Shown here: in pieces, positions 53,909 through 64,000 of the stretch | Layout: every line of letters begins with the position of its first letter | How positions within the stretch are numbered: position 1 is the stretch's first letter | DNA from: Octopus sinensis | Taxonomy: Eukaryota | Reading direction: 5' to 3' | NCBI RefSeq assembly: GCF_006345805.1 | Contig: NC_043003.1 | Span: forward strand, 16,244,001-16,308,000 | DNA: 64,000 nucleotides | The notes under the pieces: generated by a model | Database searches by the model: none | The model's input: the letters and a program-made list of their open reading frames with translations, nothing else | Told to the model about the DNA's origin: nothing | Made by a program: the position numbers and the translations under genes

Positions 53909-54619
53909 ACATTTTAGCCAATATTGTATAGAATATGTAAACAGGCGGATGATCCTGAACGTAACAGTAGAAATTTTAAAACGAAAATCAATCAATTACA
54001 CTTTAAAAAAATGAAGAAAATGGATCAAAAGGGACCGCAAAACGAACTGCAGCAAAAATATGCATGCAAATGATGTATGCTATCTAAATACATCACGTAA
54101 TTATATAAGAGGTTCAGAAAGATAAAAACTATTAACAGATACACTTCAAAGCAAATTAACTAGAAATATGAAAAGAAAATTAAGGTACAAATAGTAAACA
54201 GAATTTAATGTTATAACTCGGTATTGGATGAATAAAAGAAAACCATGAAATATTAGAACAATCAGGATAAAGACAAATATAAACAAAAAAACAAGTGGCA
54301 AACTGGATCATAAATAAACGAATGATAAGTTTTATAGATGGAATATAATTAAAGGAAGCCATATAATCATATCTTAGTAGAAAACGTGTGATAACTAGGA
54401 AATTACGAAGAAACGTATAATACGAATAACAAAACACGAACCCACAAATACGTGTAGATGCATGTAATTCATTTAACAGTACTATACAAAGTGCAGATAA
54501 GAAACATTTTAAAAGTTATAAACGTAAATCTGGACCCATGTCAAGTATAATATATATGTTAGCATTAATGTATATTAGCATAGAATATCATGAGAATGTT
54601 TATACAAAATAATAATAAA

Positions 54620-54675
<56 letters not shown>

Positions 54676-54697
54676 AAATAATAATAATAATAATAGA

Positions 54698-54912
54698 TCT
54701 GAAGAAAATTCTAACTGGACTCCACTTGCTGTTTATCTTGATATGAGATCACCATGTCACGCACATATTGTTGTGATGCATGTGCCTGGTGCCTGGTGTA
54801 CCCTTCTCAGACGGGTAGTGATGATGGGTATACTGGGTCTTCGTATATTTTACCCCAGTGTCACTTTGATGGTATGCACTGCTCTCTCACTCAATGATAT
54901 AATAAAAATAAT

Positions 54913-54958
<46 letters not shown>

Positions 54959-55283
54959 CATAGCCATGTGTTGAGAGGGATTCTTTGGGGTTTGAATAAT
55001 TCACCTCTGGAAACATGGGTGGTTCTTTCAACATCCTTAAACAACCCTTATTCAGGGACCTTTTGAGCGGGATGGGCTACTCAACCTGAAGAAAATTCTA
55101 ACTGGGCCCCACCTGCAAGGTCATGCGCTGTTTATCTTGATATGATATCACCATGTCACGCACATATGGTTGTGATGCATGTGCCTGGTGTACCCTTATC
55201 AGACGGGTAGTCATGATGGGTATATTGGGCTTCGTATATTTTACCCCAGTGTCACTTTGATGGCATGAACTGCTCTCTCACTC
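54698..55283 (+). mobile_element. Two Dong-like 3' ends (54698-54892 and 54959-55283) separated by (TAA)n
   Basis: Shared 3' UTR ...cactgctctctcactc-aataat; second copy begins with SHVLRGIL, similar to the RLE ORF end GTSHVLRRAL. Confidence 0.7.
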
Positions 55284-55299
55284 AATAATAATAATAATA

Positions 55300-55975
55300 T
55301 TCAAATTACCAAAAACTGTAATCATAAGAAATACAAGTAGCCGCACAATATGTGGAGATGGAGAAGAAACAAATCATATTGTCACTGGCTACCCAATCGA
55401 CAGAATTGGGACATATATACACTGGAAGCTATGCTAACACTATGGAATAACAACAGAAAATAATGGTATAAGCACACGCCAGAAAGGTCACAGAAAATGA
55501 GAAAGCAACCATACTCTGGGATATGCCAATATACACAGATAGAGAAATTAAAGGCAATAGCCCGGATATAGTTGTTAGAGATCATCAATAAAAAAAATAC
55601 TTTCTAATCGATGTATCAATACCAAGAGATGTCAACGTTTCCCCAAAAGAAACGGAAAAACTTTCAAAATACAAAGAACTGGAAACAGAGGTAACTCGAA
55701 TGTGGTATCTGAAAACAGAAACAATTCCTATCATAGTAGGCGCATTAGGTATGATAAAAAAATTATTCAGACAAATACATAACAGAAACACCAGGACTAA
55801 CAAGTATATATAACATTCAAAAAATAGCACTACTGGGCACCACACACATACTACGAAAAACATTTTCAATACAGTAAAAATAAGAGCATCACAACAAACC
55901 GCAGTACATATCCAAGACGCACAGAGCTGCGCATGGTAGTGCAGCGAAAGCACGTGATAAAAATAAGACTACTGA
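55300..55975 (+). mobile_element. R4/Dong-type RLE retrotransposon 3' fragment
   Basis: ICGDGEET.HIVTG; ILWDMPIYTDREIKGNSPDIVV; FLIDVSIPRD; EKLSKYKELE; IPIIVGALG; IQKIALLGTTHILRK; (TAA)n flanks. Confidence 0.9.
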
Positions 55976-56025
55976 ATAATAATAATAGTAATAATAATAA
56001 TGACAATAATAATAATAATAATAAT

Positions 56026-56312
56026 AAAGGAACCGAAAATTATATGAGAATGATCCCTGGCTTACCATCCCTGCAAGAAGTGCAAAAGATTGTCTTAACT
56101 GGTACATCACACGTATTGAGAAGAGCATTGTCGATGTGAGAACTGTTGCTGCTCATGTATTTTAATTTAACTTAAAAAAAAAAAAAAAAAAATGAACGAA
56201 CTACTGAGTTTGGTTTAATGGCCTACCAATATACACTATGAGTTTCTTTGCCCTAGGAGTCGGGAAGACACTCGGCAAGAAATGGAAGAAAATTTGAAAG
56301 AAGAAAAAAAAA
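56026..56312 (+). mobile_element. R4/Dong-type 3' fragment (different subfamily)
   Basis: KGTENYMRMIPGLPSLQEVQKIVLTGTSHVLRRALSM* between (TAA)n tracts. Confidence 0.85.
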
Positions 56313-56354
<42 letters not shown>

Positions 56355-56604
56355 GACTATCATCTTATAATCAATTTACTCAGACTATCATCGTATCAAT
56401 TTACTTTTAAAACAAACTTCTACTTCACTTATGTTTTGACAGACATTCTCTAGAACAATACTCTATGCAAAACAAAAATATATGGCACTCTGGTCATATC
56501 ACCAACTTAAACTTCTAATTTGTTATTTCTTAAGGACTCTGGGTGAGACTTGGAGTCAACTTGTACAAGTACAAAGCAAAAGTCAAACATATAATAATAT
56601 AAAT

Positions 56605-57222
56605 CATGTCTACTATAGACAGAAGGCTTGAAATTTTGGAGGAAGGGGATAGTTGCTTACATCGACCCCAGTGCGTAACTGGTATTTCATCAACCACGAA
56701 AGGATGAAAAGCAAAGTCGACCTCGGCGGAATTTAAACTTAGAACGTAAAGACGGACGAAATCATTTTGTCTGGCGTGCTAACGATTCCGCCAGTTTGCC
56801 ACCATGACAATAATAATATTAATTAATATTTGACACAAAACCAGCGATTCTGAGGGGTTGGGGTGGCGCAAGTCGATTACATCGACTCCAGTACTCAACG
56901 GGTACTTATTTTGTTGACAGGGCTGAAAAGAAGAATTGACGCCAGCAGAATTAGAACTCAGAATGTAAAGAGCAAGAAGAAATACTTCCAAGGAGTTTGT
57001 CAAACGCTCTACCAATTCTGCCATCTTGCCGGCTTATCACCACCACCACCAACAATAACAATCCTTTTTTACTATAGGCACAAAGCCTGAAATTTAGGGG
57101 TGGGGAAGTCGATTACATCGATCCTAGGATGAAAGGCAAAGTCGATTCGGTGGAATTTGAAATTAACGTAAAGTCGGACGGAATGTCGCTAAGCGTTCTG
57201 TTCGGCATACTATCGATTCTGG
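56605..57222 (-). mobile_element. Three degenerate SINE family B copies
   Basis: Repeated gtcgattacatcgac and aggatgaaaggcaaagtcga motifs. Confidence 0.75.
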
Positions 57223-57339
57223 ATAATAAACATCAGCAACAATACCGGCAAAAGGAAATATTTTAATCTACCTCGAAATTTAAATCAATCCAGAAGCTTG
57301 GTTACACGTAAAAATTGTAAAGAAGGAGTTACTAATCTT

Positions 57340-57710
57340 CGACTCCTTCGTTAATCGATTATCTGCGACCATACTGGGGCACTGCTTTGAAGAATTTCAG
57401 TCGAAGGAATCGACCCCAGTTCTTATTTTTGAAGCCTGATACCTAATCTATCGGCCTCTTTTACTGAACCGCTACATTACGCAGGACGTAAACACACCAA
57501 CACCGGTTGTTAAGCGGTTCAGGGAGACAAACAATGGCATAAAGTCACGCACACACACACAAATACGATATGCTTCTTTCAGTTTCCACCATAGTCTCGG
57601 ACCGAGACTATGATGGAGGACCTTTGCCCAAGGTGCCAAACAGTGGGACTGAACTCGGAACCATGTGGCTGGGGAGCAAACTTCTTACCACACCGCCAGG
57701 CTTGCGCCTG
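57340..57710 (-). mobile_element. Degenerate OK-like SINE
   Basis: Reverse-strand OK motifs. Confidence 0.75.
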
Positions 57711-59081
57711 TAGCCCATTAAGGCACAATTTACATATATGTAATTATAAAAGGGAAAAACGGGGGTTAAAGAAACCTTTAGGAAAGATACTTATATTAAG
57801 AGCATCAACGTGAAAAGTGATGATTATTGAAAATACGTAAAAAGAAAAGCGAAAATGATGCTGCAAATAATATGGAAATTTAAATAAAAAAATGAAGAAA
57901 CATTTTAAATAGAAAATAATAAAGCAATTGGTAATTGAATAAACGAGAGAAAAAATTTATAGAAGAATATGGAATAAAACAGACAAGATGCAGACATAAA
58001 CTGAGTTATATCAATATACAATACGAAGTATGCTAGAAGATAGAACAACTAAATATGTGTTGTAAGTCAATAGTGATGCAGAATATGAGAAGTATAGAAG
58101 AAATATCGATTACGAGCCGTTCACTTTAGAAAAACCAAGAGATACGCAGTCAAGTAATAAGTGAATATTCAAAGTCAATAGTAATGCTGGATTCGAGAAG
58201 GATGGTAGTATTAGGGATGCGTATACCTATCATAGTAGAAAATATAGGCTTAGCTATAATGAGGAAGGACGCAAATTGTCATTCGGAATAGTTTACTGGG
58301 AAGTAAAAAGAAGTTCTAAGAATATTGTGATTGCACGTAGTGAAGTAATGCTCTAAGACTTTTCTTAAGAGATTTTAAGAAAAAAGGAGCGCAAGTGCTT
58401 CAACTGTATACAGGTTACAGTAGTTTCTATTTCCAGCATATAATGAAGCTTTTTTTCTTATAAATGATTCATTTACCTTCAAAAGGCTACGTTCTTTCAA
58501 TTCCCAGAAAAATCAGATAAGGAAGAGGGGTTTCTTCTTTCAGGCTACCGAAAAGAGTATGCATGAAAATAGAATACACCTTGAAAGTTACTGACGGTGA
58601 GTACACTACGCATTTTTAGTACTAGATATTTGAATTGTTTATGAAATAAGGCTCTAAAGAGCACTCATTAAAATTAGTGAAATATCATTCCTGCGTGTAC
58701 TTAATTTAGTAGTTTTAAAGGAAGATATATTTTGGGCTAAGTTAGGAGTGGTGGAATAAGAATGTTCTCATATTTAGTTGTTTTATCTTCTAGTATACTT
58801 CGTATTGTATATTGATATAACTCAGTTTATGTTTGCATTTGTCTGCTTTATTCCATATTCTTCTATAATTTTTTTCTCTCGTTTATTCAATTAGCAATTG
58901 CTTTATTATTTTTTGTTACGGATACGGTAGTATATATTTCCGGGGTGAGACTTTTATAAGTATAAAAAAGAACATACTTGCATAAGGAGTTGCGACTTAC
59001 ATATAATAAGGAGGACTATACCAGCCGATGTGCCGTTTCCCGTTTCTCTTGTTTCTTGTACTGCTATTGCTTGTGTATAAT

Positions 59082-59470
59082 TTTTTTGGAAGCACTCCGT
59101 CGGTTACGACGACGAGGGTTCCGGTTGATCCGAATCAACGGAACAGCCTGCTCGTGAAATTAACGTGTAAGTGGCTGAGCACTCCACAGACACGTATACC
59201 CTTAACATAGTTCTCGGGGATATTCAGCGTGACACAGAGAGTGACAAGGCCGGCCCTTTGAAATACAGGTGCAACAGAACAGGAAGTAAGAGTGAGAGAA
59301 AGTTGTGGTGAAAGAGTACGGCAGGGATCACCACCATCCCCTGCAGGAGCCGCGTGGAGCTTTAAGTGTTTTCGCTCAATAAACACTCACAACGCCCGGT
59401 CTGGGAATCGTAACCGCGATCCTATGACCGCGAATCCGCTGCCCTAACCACTGGGCCATTGCGTCTCCAC
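59082..59470 (-). mobile_element. OR1-like SINE, full length
   Basis: Reverse complement of 6648-7040; 11-bp TSD ttgtgtataat (59071-59081 and 59471-59481). Confidence 0.92.
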
Positions 59471-60346
59471 TTGTGTATAATATATCCTGTCAGTATACCC
59501 ACATCTAGCTAAGATTTCAATATGATACACAGAAATCTTATTAAGATTTTTCAGAAAGCATTGATGACCGAAGTGAAATATGACGAAGTACGTTCTTACA
59601 ATGTTCCTACTAGCAGAATCGTTAAAGCGCCGGACTAAATGCTTTGTGGTGTTTGTTCTGGCATCTTACTTTCTGAGGTCAAATCACGCCGAGGTCAACA
59701 TTACTTTTCATCTTTTCATGGGGAAAAGCAACGGATTTGAAAAGTCAGTACTGTCATGTATTGGAGTCGAGGGTATCGACAATCACCCCCTACTCTCGAA
59801 CCTGCTCGCTTTGGACCTAAAACAGAAACCACTATTTTTTAACCCCACTTCATCCAGGAGTAAGTAGACCTTTGAACAAAAGCAGTTCTACCGTCACCAC
59901 CCCATTTATTTTCAGCTACTGTGTATTTAATGATAGGTTACTTTATATATATTTCGTCTATTTTAAGTTGGGAGAGTGTGATTTGAGGAAAATTTAGCTT
60001 CTATTTCTAGCAACCCGAGTGATCACACAAAGGCTCCCTCCTTCGTTTGTACCATGCCTTAGTTTAACATAATGGCGTTACATTAAGGAAAATACGTGTT
60101 TAGCTGTTATCCATAATGAAGCATAATTTAGAAAATAGAAATTTCCATAATCCTTAATGACTCGGTCAATATTTTAGCTTGAAATCAATATCATATTTTA
60201 TCATCAATATTTTATTCTGAAAATCAATGCTTGTTAATGGTTAAAATACCCATTAGATTTAATTTTAACCTTCTTCAATATTAACAATATTAAAAAGTGG
60301 CGAGTCTCCGTCGCTCGAAAGTGAGGACTCAATATTTCGATCAAAT

Positions 60347-60450
60347 GGCGTAGCCGTGTGGTAAGAAGCTTGTTTCCTAACCACTTGGTCCCCGGTTCGG
60401 TCCCACTACGTGGAAACTTGGGCAAGGGTCTTCTACTATAGCTTCGGGCT
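60347..60450 (+). mobile_element. OK-like SINE, 5' fragment
   Basis: ggcgtagccgtgtggtaagaagcttg...tcttctactatagc. Confidence 0.8.
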
Positions 60451-60471
60451 CACCACATTTGATACACGATA

Positions 60472-60838
60472 TATACACGAATCTCCGGCCTCTACCTTCA
60501 GTGCTTCTACAACGGCTCTTAAGGTGGTTCGGTCATGCGGCCCGGTGTCCAGAGGGTGAGCTGATTCGCGATGTCCTCCTCCCATCTCCACTTCCCAGCT
60601 GGCGCAAACGCACGGGCGGGCAGCTGAAGACCTGGGCAACGACGATAAAGGAGGACATCTCCGAACTCTCAGGTCCGCAGGTGGTCGGTCTGCAGGTGGA
60701 ACCGCGAATGGCTCGCTATCTCCAGTGACCTCACACAGAACCGTCGAGCGTGGGCCGCCATGGTTCGTGATGCCGTCAGGACAAGAGAAGAAGCCGGTTC
60801 AACTCGCTCTGGGTGAACGCAGTCACAAGTAAGCAAGT
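60472..60838 (+). mobile_element. RTE-clade LINE 3' fragment, relatively young
   Basis: LLRWFGHAARCPEGELIRDVLLP..SWRKRTGGQLKTWATTIKED...NRRAWAAMVRDAV; caagta-type tail; 10-bp TSD atacacgata (60462-60471 and 60839-60848). Confidence 0.9.
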
Positions 60839-61004
60839 ATACACGATACACCAAGCCTCAAGATTTTTGGTCTTGTCCCACATTAAGTATAACTAAATTA
60901 CCAAGGGTGGTGGTAGAAATATTACTGAAAGAGTAAAAGACAAATACGGGTGCATGCCAGTCTGGCAAGGTTTATCTTCCTGTAAGAGTTAGCTTGGTTG
61001 GATA

Positions 61005-61394
61005 TCTTTATATATAAAACTGTAGTTGTGTGAGTGTCTGTCCCCTTCGATTTAGATTCCTAACTACTCCCACATTTTGCGGTGCAGTTTAACCAAAACC
61101 GGGTATCTTATAGTCGTGATTCATATCGAGCCCTTCTGGGTATTAGCGCTTTTCTACGATGAGTCTATGATTTTAAAAATAATTTACCATAATTTTTTCC
61201 CATTTTCATGCATATTTTTTTAAAGGGAACTCTCTAAAAATGTCTACGATGAGTCAACGATTTAACAAAAAATTTACCATCATATTTTTTCCATTTTTAA
61301 TGCATATTTTTGCTATTTTTTGGCTATAACTCTCTAAAAATGCTGTATAGTTATTTCCCTTACAAACCCGAGCAACGCCGGGCGATACTGCTAG
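61005..61394 (+). mobile_element. Non-autonomous Helitron
   Basis: A|TC...hairpin...CTAG|T; same family as 51069-51464. Confidence 0.92.
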
Positions 61395-62238
61395 TTCGGT
61401 GATAAAAAAGGTTAGTTAATTAACCATATTTCGAACGTGTACCATGTTCTAGAAAAATGACGATAAAGAATTCAACGCTACAGTTATAGCTGTCGCTAAG
61501 ATGTTTCCTTCGTAAAGACGTGGTTCTTGGTCCAGTCTTTCTACATTGCACTTTAATAGCATCAACCCAAGTCTTGTAACCGAAACTTAATAGACGGAAA
61601 CTATGCAAAAGCCTTCGACTTTTTCTGCCCATCGGAGTTTTTAACCCAATATTTATATGCTATTATCAACAGCTTTATCTGCTTCGAGGTTCACCGTTCC
61701 ACAAACGAAAAGAGAATTATTTCAGCTTCTTTCGACGGTTCTAAATTTATATGACGTGAACACACATACACACACACACACACACACACATATGAGCAAT
61801 AATTATAACGATAGAGAATATGGAATCAGGTTCATCCTCAAAATTTATTTCCTTTTATATTTCAATGTCACAGGCATATTTTTATGGCTACAACACCTGG
61901 GACATAATTGAGAGCTATTAAAGAATCCATCCGGGTAATATATCCCTTTAAGCTCACACCTCAAAGGTAAAATTTTTCGCTGAAGACAGAGGCTGGTATT
62001 ATCTGGTGATGGAATCAATTTACAACCATTATTTTGGACCACCAAGCCACTAGAAACAGCTGTTGGACACGTAAAACTCCTATTCAATTCCTTTAATTCC
62101 TGATATTATTTCTATTCCGTGTAAGCTGGACCTTTTAATAATATGTAAACTTCGGTACATTTTTGTATTAAATGTATTTAATATTTTTGTAAATCGCCTT
62201 GCCTAACTTGCTTATCTTTACATTCATTCCATTATCTA

Positions 62239-62319
<81 letters not shown>

Positions 62320-62337
62320 CCTATCTATCTATCTATC

Positions 62338-62576
62338 TATATAAAAAATACAAAATGGGACAAGAACGCAAAACATCCAGACATTTAGGTGATACAAAAA
62401 AGGGACAACAAAGCATCCAGATAGACGATACAAAGAAAACAAGGACGGATCATTCGGAGTTTTCTTTCCTCAGTCGAGTTTTAGATTATTTTTGCAATTT
62501 CGGCTGGTTATACACGAGATTGTTCCGATCTGTCTGAATGTTTTGCTTTCTTGTCCCATTTTGTATTTTTTATATA
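62338..62576. repeat. Fold-back unit with about 46-bp inverted ends, within (TCTA)n
   Basis: tatataaaaaatacaaaatgggacaagaacgcaaaacatccagaca / tgtctgaatgttttgctttcttgtcccattttgtattttttatata. Confidence 0.85.
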
Positions 62577-62608
62577 TAAAACATATAGCGGCGTACGTAC
62601 ACTTTGGC

Positions 62609-62674
<66 letters not shown>

Positions 62675-63265
62675 CTATCTATCTATCTATCTATATTTAT
62701 ATATAGTTGACAATTAAAGGGGCATTTTCAGACCCCCAGTAACAAAGAGCCTAAGGTTTTCTATTCTGTTCAGTCATGCCTGACATTTGTTCATTAACCT
62801 GTCTGCATTTGGAATGTTCTTCAGCATGAAACCGTTCAGTAACATAAAATGGCTGTCATGAAACTAGCTTTACAATGTTCCAGCTAAGCAGTCGTCTGAA
62901 AAGAGTGTATCTAATGAAAATGTGATTACAGGATGGTTAATAGTGGAGAAAGTAAAATCAAATGACTTCAACTAAAAATGAAATTGGAAACCTGACTGAG
63001 AGCTATGTGCCACCGAATTTACCCGGAGCAAAGTATACTGATTTATACGACAGGTAGCTAGTCTTGAATTTGGGGGAAATAGGCATTCCATTACAAAGAC
63101 TCTAATGCTTGACTGATACTTTATTATATGGACACCGAAAGAATGAAAAGCAAAGATGTCTTCAGGAAGATTTGAGCTCAGAAACGAAAGCATTCTAAAT
63201 AAATAATACTCAGTAGTTTTTTTTTGTAATTATATAGTTTCTAACCTCGAATAAGAATGAAAGTA

Positions 63266-63808
63266 TTGGGTTGTCCGGAAGGTTCGTGCCGATTTTTAAA
63301 GGAAAGAAAAAGGTCAATACTACTTGCCATTACATTTTTAATCGACCAAATATGAACCATTTTGTTGCACAATGTGTGTCCATCTTTCCTTTAACTAGAA
63401 AATACCTTCATGGCAAAGAATTCATCAAGGTATCTTTTTACGTTATACAAAGAATTGAAATTTTTACCATTAAGACTATTCTGCAGAGACCTGAATAAGT
63501 GGAAATCCGAAGGAGCAATATCTGGTGAATATGGAGGGTGGGGTAACACGTCCCAACCAAGCTGCAGCAATTTTTGTCGAGTTCCCAAAGCATCAAGTGC
63601 CGAAAATGAACTTTCTTATCTTCCATTTTAAAGGGTTACAAAATTAACACAGGTTATAGGAACATAAATCTTCTTCCACGAAAAGATAGTTTAAACTATG
63701 CTCTAAATGGAAGTGTAGTCAAATCCTATTTTATGGACTCAACCATGTTCTAGAATAAGTTGAAAGATAAGCTACTATAAATCGGCACGAACTTTCCGGA
63801 CAACCCAA
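63266..63808 (-). mobile_element. Internally deleted mariner (DD34D) element with intact TIRs
   Basis: TA-ttgggttgtccggaaggttcgtgccgattt / aaatcggcacgaactttccggacaacccaa-TA; MEDKKVHFRHLML fused to LGWDVLPHPPYSPDIAPSDFHLFRSL. Confidence 0.93.
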
Positions 63809-64000
63809 TATATATGACTGCTTTCAGAATTTCCTTTATTAGTCTAGTAGAAAGAAGAGAGAGTAGAAACCGCGGCGTAATGCTTGCAACAAAGTGCAAT
63901 CTGATAAGGTAGCAAATGACATTGCTATATTAAACCAGACGACATTCTGACGATAGCCGCCATTCAGCGCCTTATGTTGGTTAATAGTCTTTATTATGAA

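Overview
AT-rich, repeat-saturated metazoan DNA. The tRNA-derived SINEs resemble the Octopus OK/OR1/OR2 types, so a cephalopod (octopus) origin is likely (inference). I find no intact host protein-coding gene, and almost all ORFs in the track are microsatellite or SINE artefacts. The window holds dozens of SINE copies, decayed Tc1/mariner elements and MITEs, piggyBac- and hAT-like MITEs, three non-autonomous Helitrons plus a Helitron helicase fragment, and RTE and CR1-group LINE fragments. It also holds R4/Dong-type RLE retrotransposon ends stacked in (TAA)n tracts, two Penelope-like (RT/GIY-YIG) remnants and a 100-N gap. The most interesting signal is a dispersed set of minimal type-I hammerhead ribozyme motifs (one with an intact core at 21060-21102) in Penelope pLTR-like units that end in (TA)n, often near long fold-back palindromes. 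Other notable points are an RTE LINE 3' end matching a SINE tail, and SINE multimers that carry a single TSD and recurrent junctions. All calls were made by eye and boundaries of degenerate copies are approximate.
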